A DNA stretch of 45,545 nucleotides. Source: Deltaproteobacteria bacterium (GTDB lineage: Bacteria; Desulfobacterota; Desulfobacteria; Desulfobacterales; C00003060). Shown here piece after piece: positions 29,463-38,159 of this stretch. A model generated the notes under the pieces. That model was given only the letters and a program-made list of their open reading frames with translations, ran no database searches and had not been told where the DNA came from. How positions within the stretch are numbered: the stretch's first letter is position 1; the number at the start of each line of letters is the position of its first letter. The stretch spans positions 1-45,545 of the forward strand of contig JAUVJO010000002.1 of NCBI GenBank assembly GCA_030592345.1, given 5' to 3'. Both the position numbers and the translations under genes were made by a program.

Positions 29463-29628
29463 GGGGTTATACCTCGAAAGGCCATAAATGACACTTTTTC
29501 GCCGGCCATGAACATCAATAGCCGCGTTGCTCAGGCTTGCAATAGCCAGCTATTCCGTGCCTTCGCGCCTTGCTCTTGATGCTCATGACTCACCGAGAAA
29601 ATCGCCATTTATGACCTTCCGAGGTATA
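29463..29628 (-). promoter_or_regulatory. Structured trkH 5' leader: a 25-bp helix whose 3' arm contains the Shine-Dalgarno sequence
   Basis: On the minus-strand RNA, UAUACCUCGGAAGGUCAUAAAUGGC (rc of 29604-29628) pairs with GUCAUUUAUGGCCUUUCGAGGUAUA (rc of 29468-29492). That gives 22 Watson-Crick pairs plus 3 G-U pairs. The GAGG is 9 nt from the GTG start. Confidence 0.45.
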
Positions 29629-29667
29629 GCAAGAGGGGAATCTAAAGCCCCGTCCATGGAATCGAGT

Positions 29668-29802
29668 GCCCCACACATATAGGCTTTAAGATAAAGATTT
29701 TGGGAAGGCTAGAGGGAGGAAGGCGTACTCGTCGTACGTTGACGACCGATAACGCATCCAAAATCTTTATCTTAAAGCCTATAGCGAAACGCCGTGTGGG
29801 GC
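29668..29802. repeat. Large inverted repeat (9 + 25 bp arms, about 54-nt centre)
   Basis: gccccacac...ataggctttaagataaagattttgg (29668-29703) pairs with ccaaaatctttatcttaaagcctat...gtgtggggc (29758-29802). Confidence 0.85.
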
Positions 29803-29882
29803 ACGGGTTTACTTATATCTCCTTGAAAAATATTCCTGTACTCACACGCCCCGACAATATCTTGGACTATATTGCACTTTAT

Positions 29883-30131
29883 CTAAAGTAGTCGACCATC
29901 AACTTGGCCGGGGCCTCCGCACTCTGGCGTATAGCAGGTGACGTTTAAAAAATCTGTCTTCTCACCACATGAAGGGCAAACCTCCGGTGGGTTTCCGGCT
30001 GTCACCAGGAATCTGCACTTACTACATTTCCAGTAGGTCATGTTACACTGGGGGCAGATATCCCCAACGAATTTGCCTGAAGCCGAGTAGCCACATAGGG
30101 CACATTCAATCTTGCGTTCTGTCTCTGCCAT
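29883..30131 (-). CDS. Rubredoxin-like / zinc-ribbon protein (four CxxC pairs)
   Basis: MAETERKIECALCGY...CPQCNMTYWKCSKCRFLVTAGNPPEVCPSCGEK. ATG 30131 has GGAGG 8 nt upstream. The track start at 30140 is a GTG inside the Shine-Dalgarno sequence. Confidence 0.7.
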   Translation of the reverse strand: MAETERKIECALCGYSASGKFVGDICPQCNMTYWKCSKCRFLVTAGNPPEVCPSCGEKTDFLNVTCYTPECGGPGQVDGRLL

Positions 30132-30513
30132 CTTGTCCACCTCCTTTTCGTTAATGGATTTAGCCGCCTAATGAAATTACAATTTATCTTACCACTTTTA
30201 TTACAGATTGTAAAGAGCCGAGCAAGGACTTCAACCAAGAATTTGCCAAAGGATTCCCAAAAGGCTATGATATTCTGAAACTTGCGGTGAGGCCCGTAGC
30301 AAGAGGGGGGTGCAATATACAAACTGTAAGGCATGTGTTTTGAATAGCGACACTGAGAATGCGTCGTAATGGTTGTTAGGGCTCTTCAACCGGGAACCGT
30401 GAACATTGAACCGCTCAACCCAGGTGTCAGTGTGTCAGTCATCACCGATTGCTCAAACCAGAAATGTCATGCGCCGGCATGTCGAGTAGGCGTTAGGAAA
30501 GAGAGGGAAGTTA

Positions 30514-30663
30514 ATGAATCCAATAGCTGCGATGGCGTGCGCAATTTTTTTACGTAAACGGACGTGTCCTAAATGTAAGAGAAACCAAGTTGTCCCTGCG
30601 AGCAAAAGACTCGAAAGTGTGCGTTGTAAATTCTGCGGTGCAGATGTGCCTCCGCCCAAGTAG
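30514..30663 (+). CDS. Candidate 49-aa zinc-ribbon small protein (below the ORF-track cutoff)
   Basis: My translation: MNPIAAMACAIFLRKRTCPKCKRNQVVPASKRLESVRCKFCGADVPPPK. GAGAGGGAAG lies 4 nt upstream of the ATG. Confidence 0.4.
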   Translation: MNPIAAMACAIFLRKRTCPKCKRNQVVPASKRLESVRCKFCGADVPPPK

Positions 30664-30880
30664 CTCATACGTAATAGTTCACCCCCACAGGGCAAGGGAA
30701 ATCACTGAACGTAGGCATCCAGCCATTTGTAGCAGGAAAGGCATAGCGCATAGCGCATAGCGCATGGAGCAGAGGGCATGACACGTGCTTTTTCTTGATA
30801 TTGCTCTATGCTCTTTGCGCTCTGCTCCATGCGGCATATAAGGCATTAAAGGCCAACGCGAGCAGAGTAGCCCACACACC

Positions 30881-30914
30881 AAAAAGCCCGACCTGATGGG
30901 TAGTCGGGCTTTTT
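30881..30914 (-). terminator. Rho-independent (bidirectional-looking) terminator downstream of htpX
   Basis: aaaa-agcccgac-ctgatgggta-gtcgggct-tttt. Confidence 0.75.
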
Positions 30915-30945
30915 GGTTCATACACATGATTGAGGTCTACCAGTA

Positions 30946-31788
30946 TTACCTGCCTGTTAGTCTTTCTATCCTCTTTTCAACCGGCGGGTGGGTGGCAAAA
31001 AGGTTCATGAAGCTCTTTCCCGACAATGGATTCATTATAAACATGTGGGCCGTGGCAGGCTCTGCATTCATAGGTATCTGCCGGGAGGCCGAAGATATCT
31101 TTTGTAAGGCACGCGCAAGCCCCTGTGGGCTCCCTGCATAAGAGGCCCCTGCTGCATCGGCCGCGTATTCCCTGGACCGGGATATGGCCATCTGGATGAG
31201 CATGGCCGCCAAAGGCGCAAGGATAGACATGGCAATAAGGCCAATCATACCGCCTCCGTTATCATCATCCCGGCTGCCAAAGCCACCAAACAGGGCAGCC
31301 CATCTGGCCATACTGGCGACCATCATGATGACTCCGGCCAACGTGGCTGCAACAGAGCCGATCAGGATGTCCCGGTGCTTCACGTGGGCCAATTCGTGGG
31401 CCAACACGCCTTTGAGCTCGTTTTCGTCCAATAATTTTAAGATACCCTGAGTAACTGCCACTACTGCGTGCTCCGGGTTGCGGCCCGTGGCAAAGGCATT
31501 TGGGGATTCAGATGGCATGATGCAAATCCTGGGCATGGGAAGGCCTGCTTGCTGGGCCAGTTGTCTCACAGTCCGGTGCAACCCAGGTGCCTCGGCCTCG
31601 GAAACCGGTCTGGCCCTGTACATCTTCAAAACGATTTTGTCAGAAAACCAGTAGCTGCCAAAATTCATGATCATGGCAAAGAAAAACGCGATGACCATCC
31701 CATGACTTCCACCCAGGTACCGGCCTATGACCATGATCAGGCCGGTCAATGCCCCTAAAAGAAGTGCTGTCTTTACTGAATTACCCAT
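30946..31788 (-). CDS. htpX: Membrane zinc metalloprotease HtpX (M48)
   Basis: 280 aa with the [10 protein letters not shown] (HExxH) motif, four TM segments and a C-terminal [11 protein letters not shown]. Confidence 0.95.
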   Translation of the reverse strand: MGNSVKTALLLGALTGLIMVIGRYLGGSHGMVIAFFFAMIMNFGSYWFSDKIVLKMYRARPVSEAEAPGLHRTVRQLAQQAGLPMPRICIMPSESPNAFATGRNPEHAVVAVTQGILKLLDENELKGVLAHELAHVKHRDILIGSVAATLAGVIMMVASMARWAALFGGFGSRDDDNGGGMIGLIAMSILAPLAAMLIQMAISRSREYAADAAGASYAGSPQGLARALQKISSASRQIPMNAEPATAHMFIMNPLSGKSFMNLFATHPPVEKRIERLTGR

Positions 31789-31804
31789 AATTCCTCCTTA
31801 TCGG

Positions 31805-31878
31805 ATTTTGGATTGCGGATTGCGGATTGTGGATTCACAACTTTAGACACTTTAGCTCACTTTAGCTCACTTTAGGCG
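31805..31878. repeat. Word arrays (gattgcg x3, then ctttagctca/ctttagacac x4) in the clpB-htpX spacer
   Basis: Read directly: ggattttggattgcggattgcggattgtggattc...ctttagacactttagctcactttagctcactttaggc. Confidence 0.85.
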
Positions 31879-31885
31879 CTTTTTA

Positions 31886-34474
31886 TTACATCCTCTTGAA
31901 AACGATCTTCCCCTCATCCACATCGGCAACTATGTTGACACCTTCCCCGAAACGCCCCTGGAGCATCTCCATAGCCAGCGGGTTTTCAATGTGTTTCTGG
32001 ATGGCCCGCTTCAGGGGGCGAGCCCCGTACGTTGGGTCGAAGCCTTCTCGTGCCAAAAGGGCCTTGGCTGCATCCGAAAGCTCCAGGGTGATGTGCTGGT
32101 CTTCAAGCCTTTTCTTCACGCTTCTGAGCTGGATATCCACAATGGCACTGAGCTGCTCTGGTGCCAGATTGTGGAAGATGATGATGTCATCGATCCGGTT
32201 TAGAAACTCTGGTTTGAAACTGGCCTGTAAGGCATCCATGACACGCTTTTCCATCTCGTCTCGCTCATTTGCACCCAGCTCATGGATCCAATGGCTTCCC
32301 ACGTTGGAGGTCATGATGATGATGGTGTTCTTGAAATCAACGGTTCGGCCATGACCGTCGGTCATGCGGCCATCATCTAAGATCTGCAAGAGCACATTGA
32401 AAACCTCGGGGTGGGCCTTTTCGATCTCGTCAAAGAGGACCACTGAGTACGGGCGACGTCTGACCGACTCGGTGAGATACCCACCCTCCTCGTAACCCAC
32501 ATAGCCCGGCGGGGCCCCGATGAGGCGCGAGACCGAGTGCTTTTCCATATATTCAGACATGTCCACACGGACCATGGCCTGCTCGTCGTCAAAAATAAAC
32601 TCGGCCAGGGCCTTGGCAAGCTCGGTTTTACCCACGCCAGTGGGTCCCATGAAAATAAACGAGCCAATGGGCCGGTTAGGATCCTGCAACCCAGAACGTG
32701 CCCGCCTCACCGCATTAGATACGGCCACAATCGGCTCGTCCTGGCCCACCACCCGTTTTGAGAGCCGTTCTTCCATATGAACAAGCTTTTCCCGCTCACC
32801 TTCCATCATCCTGGAGACAGGGATCCCCGTCCACCTGGAGACCACCTCGGCCACGTCCTCTGCGTCCACCTCTTCCTTGAGCATCTTGCGGCCGGACTGT
32901 AGTTCGGAAAGTCTCTCATTGGCCTCTTCCAGGCGTTTCTTAAGATCGCTTGACACCCCGTAACGAAGCTCTGCGGCCCTGGCAAGATTTCCCTCGCGCT
33001 CGGCCTGCTGGGCCTCAACGCCGACGCGCTCGAGATCTTCTTTCACCTTGCGAATCGTTTGGATCGCCTCTTTTTCATTCTGCCAGTGTGCCTTCATCTC
33101 GTGGCTTTTCTCCTGCATAGACCCGAGGTCTTTTTCGAGTTTTTCCAACCGCTCCTTTGATGCCTTGTCTGTCTCTTTTTTCAGGGCCTCGCGCTCGATC
33201 TCGACCTGGACGATCTTGCGCTCCACCTCGTCAATCTCGGCAGGCATGCTGTCGATCTCGATCCTGAGCCTTGAGGCCGACTCGTCTATGAGATCAATGG
33301 CCTTATCCGGCAGGAATCGATCGGATATGTACCGCTGTGACAGTGTGGCTGCCGCCACAATGGCGGAATCCTTGATCCTGACCCCGTGATGGACCTCGTA
33401 TTTCTCTTTCAAGCCTCGCAAGATGGAAATCGTGTCTTCCACCGTAGGTTCTTGAACAAGCACAGGCTGAAAACGCCGCTCCAGGGCAGCATCCTTTTCC
33501 ACGTATTTGCGGTACTCGTTTATCGTAGTGGCCCCTACGCACCGGAGGGTGCCGCGAGCCAGGGCCGGCTTTAGCATGTTTGATGCATCTACAGAGCCCT
33601 CAGCAGCCCCGGCCCCGACCATGGTGTGAAGCTCATCAATGAACATAATTATTTCGCCCTCGGCATCCTCCACTTCTTTTAACACTGCCTTAAGACGGTC
33701 TTCAAATTCGCCACGATATTTTGCCCCTGCCACCAGGGTACCCATATCAAGGGCAACCAGACGCCTGTTCTTGATCGTCTCAGGCACGTCGCCGTTTACG
33801 ATACGCTGGGCCAGTCCTTCCACAATGGCGGTCTTGCCAACGCCAGGCTCGCCAATGAGGACCGGGTTGTTTTTGGTGCGCCGGGAAAGGACCTGTACGA
33901 CACGGCGGATCTCCTCGTCCCTGCCGATGACCGGGTCTATCTTTCCGAGGCGGGCGAGGTCGGTCAGGTCCCTGCCGAACTTCTGCAGGGCTTGATATTT
34001 CTCCTCAGGGTTGGGATCAGTAATTCGCTGTGTGCCCCTTATATTCACCAGGACCTTTAAAATCGTGTCGCGGTTCACCCCGGCACTGGCCAGGATGCGG
34101 GCGGCCTCTGTTTCTTTCCGATCTGTTATGGCCACAAGGATGTGTTCTATGCTCACATATTCATCCTTCAGCTTGGCCGCTTCGGCAAAAGCACCATCAA
34201 GCACCCTCTTGGTTGTCGGAGAGACATGCACCTCTCCCATGCCCCCCCCACTCACTTTAGGCGTCTTGTCAAGGCTCTGAGACACTTCCTGAAGGACCGA
34301 CTCAGGGGATGCACCCAGTTTCTGGAGAATGGACCGGGCAATCCCCTCTGGCTGCTCCAGCATAATCTTCAACAGATGCTCTGGCTCTATTTGCTGATGC
34401 CCCAATTGACTTGCTGAGGTCTGGGCACCTTGAATCAGTTCCTGAGATTTTATGGTAAATTTATCAAAGCGCAT
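31886..34474 (-). CDS. clpB: Chaperone/disaggregase ClpB
   Basis: 862 aa from ATG 34474 (AAAGGAGAAAG Shine-Dalgarno sequence). Two AAA+ modules ([17 protein letters not shown]) and a long middle coiled coil. Confidence 0.95.
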   Translation of the reverse strand: MRFDKFTIKSQELIQGAQTSASQLGHQQIEPEHLLKIMLEQPEGIARSILQKLGASPESVLQEVSQSLDKTPKVSGGGMGEVHVSPTTKRVLDGAFAEAAKLKDEYVSIEHILVAITDRKETEAARILASAGVNRDTILKVLVNIRGTQRITDPNPEEKYQALQKFGRDLTDLARLGKIDPVIGRDEEIRRVVQVLSRRTKNNPVLIGEPGVGKTAIVEGLAQRIVNGDVPETIKNRRLVALDMGTLVAGAKYRGEFEDRLKAVLKEVEDAEGEIIMFIDELHTMVGAGAAEGSVDASNMLKPALARGTLRCVGATTINEYRKYVEKDAALERRFQPVLVQEPTVEDTISILRGLKEKYEVHHGVRIKDSAIVAAATLSQRYISDRFLPDKAIDLIDESASRLRIEIDSMPAEIDEVERKIVQVEIEREALKKETDKASKERLEKLEKDLGSMQEKSHEMKAHWQNEKEAIQTIRKVKEDLERVGVEAQQAEREGNLARAAELRYGVSSDLKKRLEEANERLSELQSGRKMLKEEVDAEDVAEVVSRWTGIPVSRMMEGEREKLVHMEERLSKRVVGQDEPIVAVSNAVRRARSGLQDPNRPIGSFIFMGPTGVGKTELAKALAEFIFDDEQAMVRVDMSEYMEKHSVSRLIGAPPGYVGYEEGGYLTESVRRRPYSVVLFDEIEKAHPEVFNVLLQILDDGRMTDGHGRTVDFKNTIIIMTSNVGSHWIHELGANERDEMEKRVMDALQASFKPEFLNRIDDIIIFHNLAPEQLSAIVDIQLRSVKKRLEDQHITLELSDAAKALLAREGFDPTYGARPLKRAIQKHIENPLAMEMLQGRFGEGVNIVADVDEGKIVFKRM

Positions 34475-34875
34475 GGCTTTCTCCTTTGCCTTTTTCCATA
34501 AATCGCCGTTGGTTCTAACTTCGGCCAATATATTGAACCACGAAGGACACGAAGGGGCACGAAGGGGCCTATTTCACAAATAATTCTTCGTGTTCTTCAA
34601 AAAATAAGCATCGGGCATCTATTGTCAAACCTCACCAAGAAAGCGCACAAATGTCTCTGGACAAACCAGCCCCTGTTTTTTCTCGACATCGTGGACTACT
34701 CTGATATACTCAGCATGCTCTGTCCCCTGGAGAAAGCATAGAGTGCTTCATTTCACCATAATTCCTGCAACCGGCAATACACCTCAGCCCTCTCACCCAA
34801 AGAATGGGGGAAAGGGAGATATGAGCAAGGACTAGCTTGCAGGAGGAGAGTTTGGCCTCCGTTCACGGGGGGGCT

Positions 34876-36873
34876 ATGCCTATGATGCAATATCTTCTCA
34901 TTCTGTTGGCTCTCATGTTCTCATTGTTAAATGGTTGTGCACTGCAACCAGGCCCTGTTTGTGTAAAGAATGGAAAAATCTATGGCACGACAAGCGGAAT
35001 CTTTCGAAGCCAGTGGGATGATTACTATGAGCGCGCTCTTTCCTATATGGAAGGGGAGTGTTATCCGGCGGCCCTCTGTGACCTGAATGAAGCTTTAAAA
35101 CAGAGGTTCAGGGATCAGTGGATGGCACGAACCTATGGGATTCATTTCATTGATTACTTTCCCCACCGGGAAAAAGGCCTGATCCATTATTTGACGGGTG
35201 ATTATGATGCTGCCAAATTAGAACTGGAGATCTCCCTGCAACATGAACTATCTGCAAAAGCCTTTTTCTACCTCGACAAGGTCCGCAAACGCATCATGGA
35301 ACAGGAAAAACACGTCGTATCCGTTCCTCGCCTTATAGTTAAGCTCCCATCCGGTAGATCTGAAGGATCTGATGAAGTATGGACTAGAGATGACCCTGTT
35401 ATTATTTCGGGAATAGCAAAAGACGAACAACATATCTCGGAGATTGTCCTGGCAGGAAGACCTGTTTTCATAGAGGTCTCTGCGAAGCGTGTGGAGTTCA
35501 GGGAGGATTTAAAGCTGACTCAGGGCAGACATGAGATCGATATAACGGCCCGAAACCTTTTGGGCGGTACTGCAAAAAGTAAGATCATCATACATGTTGA
35601 CAGAACAGGCCCACTTATCATGCTGGAAAAATTCGATCCGGATGTTGGGATAGATGGATATATTTATGACGAATCCGGTCTCATATCCCTCGTTGTGGAC
35701 GGAGAACCGGTGTTTGTCCCAAAGGGAAAGGAAGTGGCTTTTACTGTGCCCATAAGGCCTGGTATCAAAAGCGTGACCCTTTTGGCGACGGATAAACTGG
35801 GGAATCAAACAAAGGCCCGGGCAAACGCAGGCATGTCGGCCCACAGCCCATATCCGCTACTGCTGGCACAAAACTTAGTGGACCTTGCAACGTCTGCCGG
35901 GCAATCTCCCCTGGCCCTTCTGGGTTCCAAGATCACCCGAAAACCTGAAATCACGCTGAGTGGATGGCCGGATCAAGAGACTGCGTTCTTAGAAAGGATA
36001 TATATTGACGGACAGGTAAGAGGTCAAAGCAATATAGAAGAGCTGATCATAGACAACATGCCAGTTAGCCAGCGGGCAGGCCGCATCATATTCTTCAATC
36101 ACCTCATTACGCTGAAAGAAGGGAAAAATACGATCAGAATCAGGGCCAGGGATGAGTCAGCCAACACAAGCATAAAAGAGATCTGCATTACACGGCGCAT
36201 TCCCAGGGTATTTCAACTGGAACAGCGCTACAGCCTTGCCATGTATCCTTTTGACAATACATATCTGACCGCTGAGCCGGGACTGTTCCAATATCTTTTC
36301 TTAAGGAATCTTGCAGACCGGAATCGCTTTCAGATTATGGTAAGGAAAAAACTAAAAAAGATCCTGCATGAACAGAAACTTGACCTTGGCAGTAAATCCC
36401 TGCCTCAGGAAGTAAAACCACCCCTTTCCACGTTTTTAGGGACTATTTACGAAACAAGAAACGGGATTGAGATTGTTACACGCCTTATTGATAATAAAAC
36501 GTCCAAGATACTGGCCGTTAAGGATGTCTACAACGATTCTAAAGATCGTACCGCATTAACGTCCCTTGCAGACAAGCTGGCTGAAAAATTCCACAGGGAG
36601 TTTCCCTTGATAGACGGCATTATCACTCAAAACACAGAAAAAAGGCTTATTACAGACTTTGGAGAAGAGAAACTAAGGATGGGATGGCCCTTAATCGTGT
36701 ATCGTGAAGAGGAGCCTGGACGCGGTCTTATCACAGGCAGTATACTGGGCTCTGATACGGAAATCATCGCACATGCTTGCATTGATCAGTTGATGAAGGG
36801 AAAATATGGGGCCACGCTTGTAAACGATCAAGAACTTGAAGTCAGAATAGGGGACAGAGTGATAACTCAATGA
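34876..36873 (+). CDS. Large lipoprotein: TPR-like N-terminal region, Ig-like repeats and a C-terminal CsgG/LpoB/FlgT-like module
   Basis: Lipobox ...FSLLNGC. Ig-like pattern ISGIAKDEQHISEIVLAGRPV...LTQGRHEIDITARNLLG. C-terminus RYSLAMYPFDNTY...FQIMVRKKLKKILHEQKL...PLIDGIITQ. The start is ambiguous (track TTG 34837, or ATGs at 34876, 34882 and 34885). Confidence 0.8.
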   Translation: MPMMQYLLILLALMFSLLNGCALQPGPVCVKNGKIYGTTSGIFRSQWDDYYERALSYMEGECYPAALCDLNEALKQRFRDQWMARTYGIHFIDYFPHREKGLIHYLTGDYDAAKLELEISLQHELSAKAFFYLDKVRKRIMEQEKHVVSVPRLIVKLPSGRSEGSDEVWTRDDPVIISGIAKDEQHISEIVLAGRPVFIEVSAKRVEFREDLKLTQGRHEIDITARNLLGGTAKSKIIIHVDRTGPLIMLEKFDPDVGIDGYIYDESGLISLVVDGEPVFVPKGKEVAFTVPIRPGIKSVTLLATDKLGNQTKARANAGMSAHSPYPLLLAQNLVDLATSAGQSPLALLGSKITRKPEITLSGWPDQETAFLERIYIDGQVRGQSNIEELIIDNMPVSQRAGRIIFFNHLITLKEGKNTIRIRARDESANTSIKEICITRRIPRVFQLEQRYSLAMYPFDNTYLTAEPGLFQYLFLRNLADRNRFQIMVRKKLKKILHEQKLDLGSKSLPQEVKPPLSTFLGTIYETRNGIEIVTRLIDNKTSKILAVKDVYNDSKDRTALTSLADKLAEKFHREFPLIDGIITQNTEKRLITDFGEEKLRMGWPLIVYREEEPGRGLITGSILGSDTEIIAHACIDQLMKGKYGATLVNDQELEVRIGDRVITQ

Positions 36874-37472
36874 ATAGACTCTCTCCTGAAGAAGAACGGC
36901 AACTCCTTTACGAATGCATAATCAGTGGCAAGAAGCATAAACTGGTTCAGCAATACTGGAACCTGGTGTACCATACTGTTCGGAAAACATTCACCGTCAA
37001 ACACGTCCCCTTTACTCAGGAGGACATAGAAGATCTTCGGAATGAAGTATTTGTACAGCTTTTTGATAAGGGATGTTGGCGATTGAGGCAGTACAGAGAG
37101 GAACTCGGCCATGGGCTTGCAGGATGGATCACGTTGATTGCCAACCGGACCGTGCTGAATTATCTCAGGAAAAGAGGCTTTGACAGCCTGTCATGGCAGA
37201 ACACCAGGGTTCCGATTGAAGAAATACTTGACCTGAAGCAGGAAAAGAACAGTTTAGAAGTCATGGAAGAGAGGCGTCTCATTCAAGATGCTATGGAAAA
37301 ACTCCCTTCACGAGACCGGTTGGTTCTAAAGCTCCATTATTATCATGAACTATCTTTGCTAGACGTTGCTTCTGCTATCCACAGAACTGCCGGCGCTACC
37401 TATACGATCAAGTCGAGAGCGATCAAGCGACTAAAGGCGCTGATTAACGTAAGCTCCAAAAGTGGTATATAA
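36870..37472 (+). CDS. ECF-type RNA polymerase sigma-70 family factor
   Basis: Region 2 (EDLRNEVFVQLF...GWITLIANRTVLNYLRKR) and region 4 (LPSRDRLVLKLHYYHELSLLDVASAI...YTIKSRAIKRLKAL). Its ATG overlaps the lipoprotein stop (ATGA, 36870-36873). Confidence 0.85.
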   Translation: MNRLSPEEERQLLYECIISGKKHKLVQQYWNLVYHTVRKTFTVKHVPFTQEDIEDLRNEVFVQLFDKGCWRLRQYREELGHGLAGWITLIANRTVLNYLRKRGFDSLSWQNTRVPIEEILDLKQEKNSLEVMEERRLIQDAMEKLPSRDRLVLKLHYYHELSLLDVASAIHRTAGATYTIKSRAIKRLKALINVSSKSGI

Positions 37473-37528
37473 AGAAATTTTGTTTGAAAATCCCGTTTTC
37501 TGTGTATTCATATTAAAAAGGGATCATC

Positions 37529-38158
37529 ATGAAATCACGATGTATTGAGATAGCAGTGCTTGCCAAGTATATCGAGGGCCGTCTTTCTGATAAAGACAGG
37601 GACAGGATTGAGGAACATCTATCAGAGTGTGATACATGCCTGGAGGAGTTTGTGATTGCAAACACCCTTCTTAAGGACCATGATTTGATCGAATGTGAGC
37701 CCGTGTCGGAAGAGGTTGCCCTGTCTGCCTTGAAAAGCTTGAGCATTCCAAAAGAATTAAAGAAATTCTACGCCTGGATCACAAAGGTATTAGTCCCTGA
37801 TTCAGCAGGGCAACCCGCCTTTGCCACTGTCCGGAAGCCAGATGCAGCATCATCCATGGATTATATCAGCATTAAAAAGGATATGAATGATCTGCAGGCA
37901 GAGATGTATATTGAAAAAACACAAGATAATAAAGTCGGCATCCGGGTTAGAGTGCTCAAGGACAATATAAGCGCAAGGAATGTCAGGCTCACTTTGATAC
38001 GGCAGGGAGGAGGGATTGTGTCACGTCTTTTAAAAGGCGATTATGTGCTTTTTGAGGACCTTCCCTTTGGCTCTTATCGCTTTGTTGTTGAACAGGATGC
38101 ATTGGAAAAGGGAGAGTACCTTTTTGAAATCAATGAGGCAGGTCTCAATGAAGAATAA
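37529..38158 (+). CDS. Putative anti-sigma factor (N-terminal zf-HC2) with no obvious TM helix and a C-terminal beta-sandwich-like domain
   Basis: CIEIAVLAKYIEGRLSDKDRDRIEEHLSECDTCLEEF (Hx3Cx2C). I see no hydrophobic stretch of 15 or more residues in its 209 aa. It sits directly downstream of the ECF sigma gene. Confidence 0.7.
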   Translation: MKSRCIEIAVLAKYIEGRLSDKDRDRIEEHLSECDTCLEEFVIANTLLKDHDLIECEPVSEEVALSALKSLSIPKELKKFYAWITKVLVPDSAGQPAFATVRKPDAASSMDYISIKKDMNDLQAEMYIEKTQDNKVGIRVRVLKDNISARNVRLTLIRQGGGIVSRLLKGDYVLFEDLPFGSYRFVVEQDALEKGEYLFEINEAGLNEE

Positions 38159-38159
38159 G

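Noticed and set aside
29463-29660. c-di-AMP (ydaO-type) riboswitch upstream of trkH
   Set aside because: The context is attractive because this is a K+ transporter operon. However, I could not find the conserved ydaO sequence blocks or its pseudo-two-fold architecture by eye. It is kept only as a generic structured leader and needs an Infernal scan.
34601-34628. Sigma-70-like promoter TTGACA-N16-TATTTT (minus strand) upstream of clpB, and a sigma-32 heat-shock promoter
   Set aside because: The -10 element is weak and lies in an A/T run. I found no CTTGAA...CCCCAT pair with proper spacing. This is too uncertain to list as a feature.
38043-38159. The CHAT gene starting at 38043, as in the ORF track
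   Set aside because: That start would overlap the anti-sigma gene by 116 nt and add a non-CHAT hydrophobic peptide. ATG 38160, immediately after the anti-sigma stop, is the more parsimonious choice.
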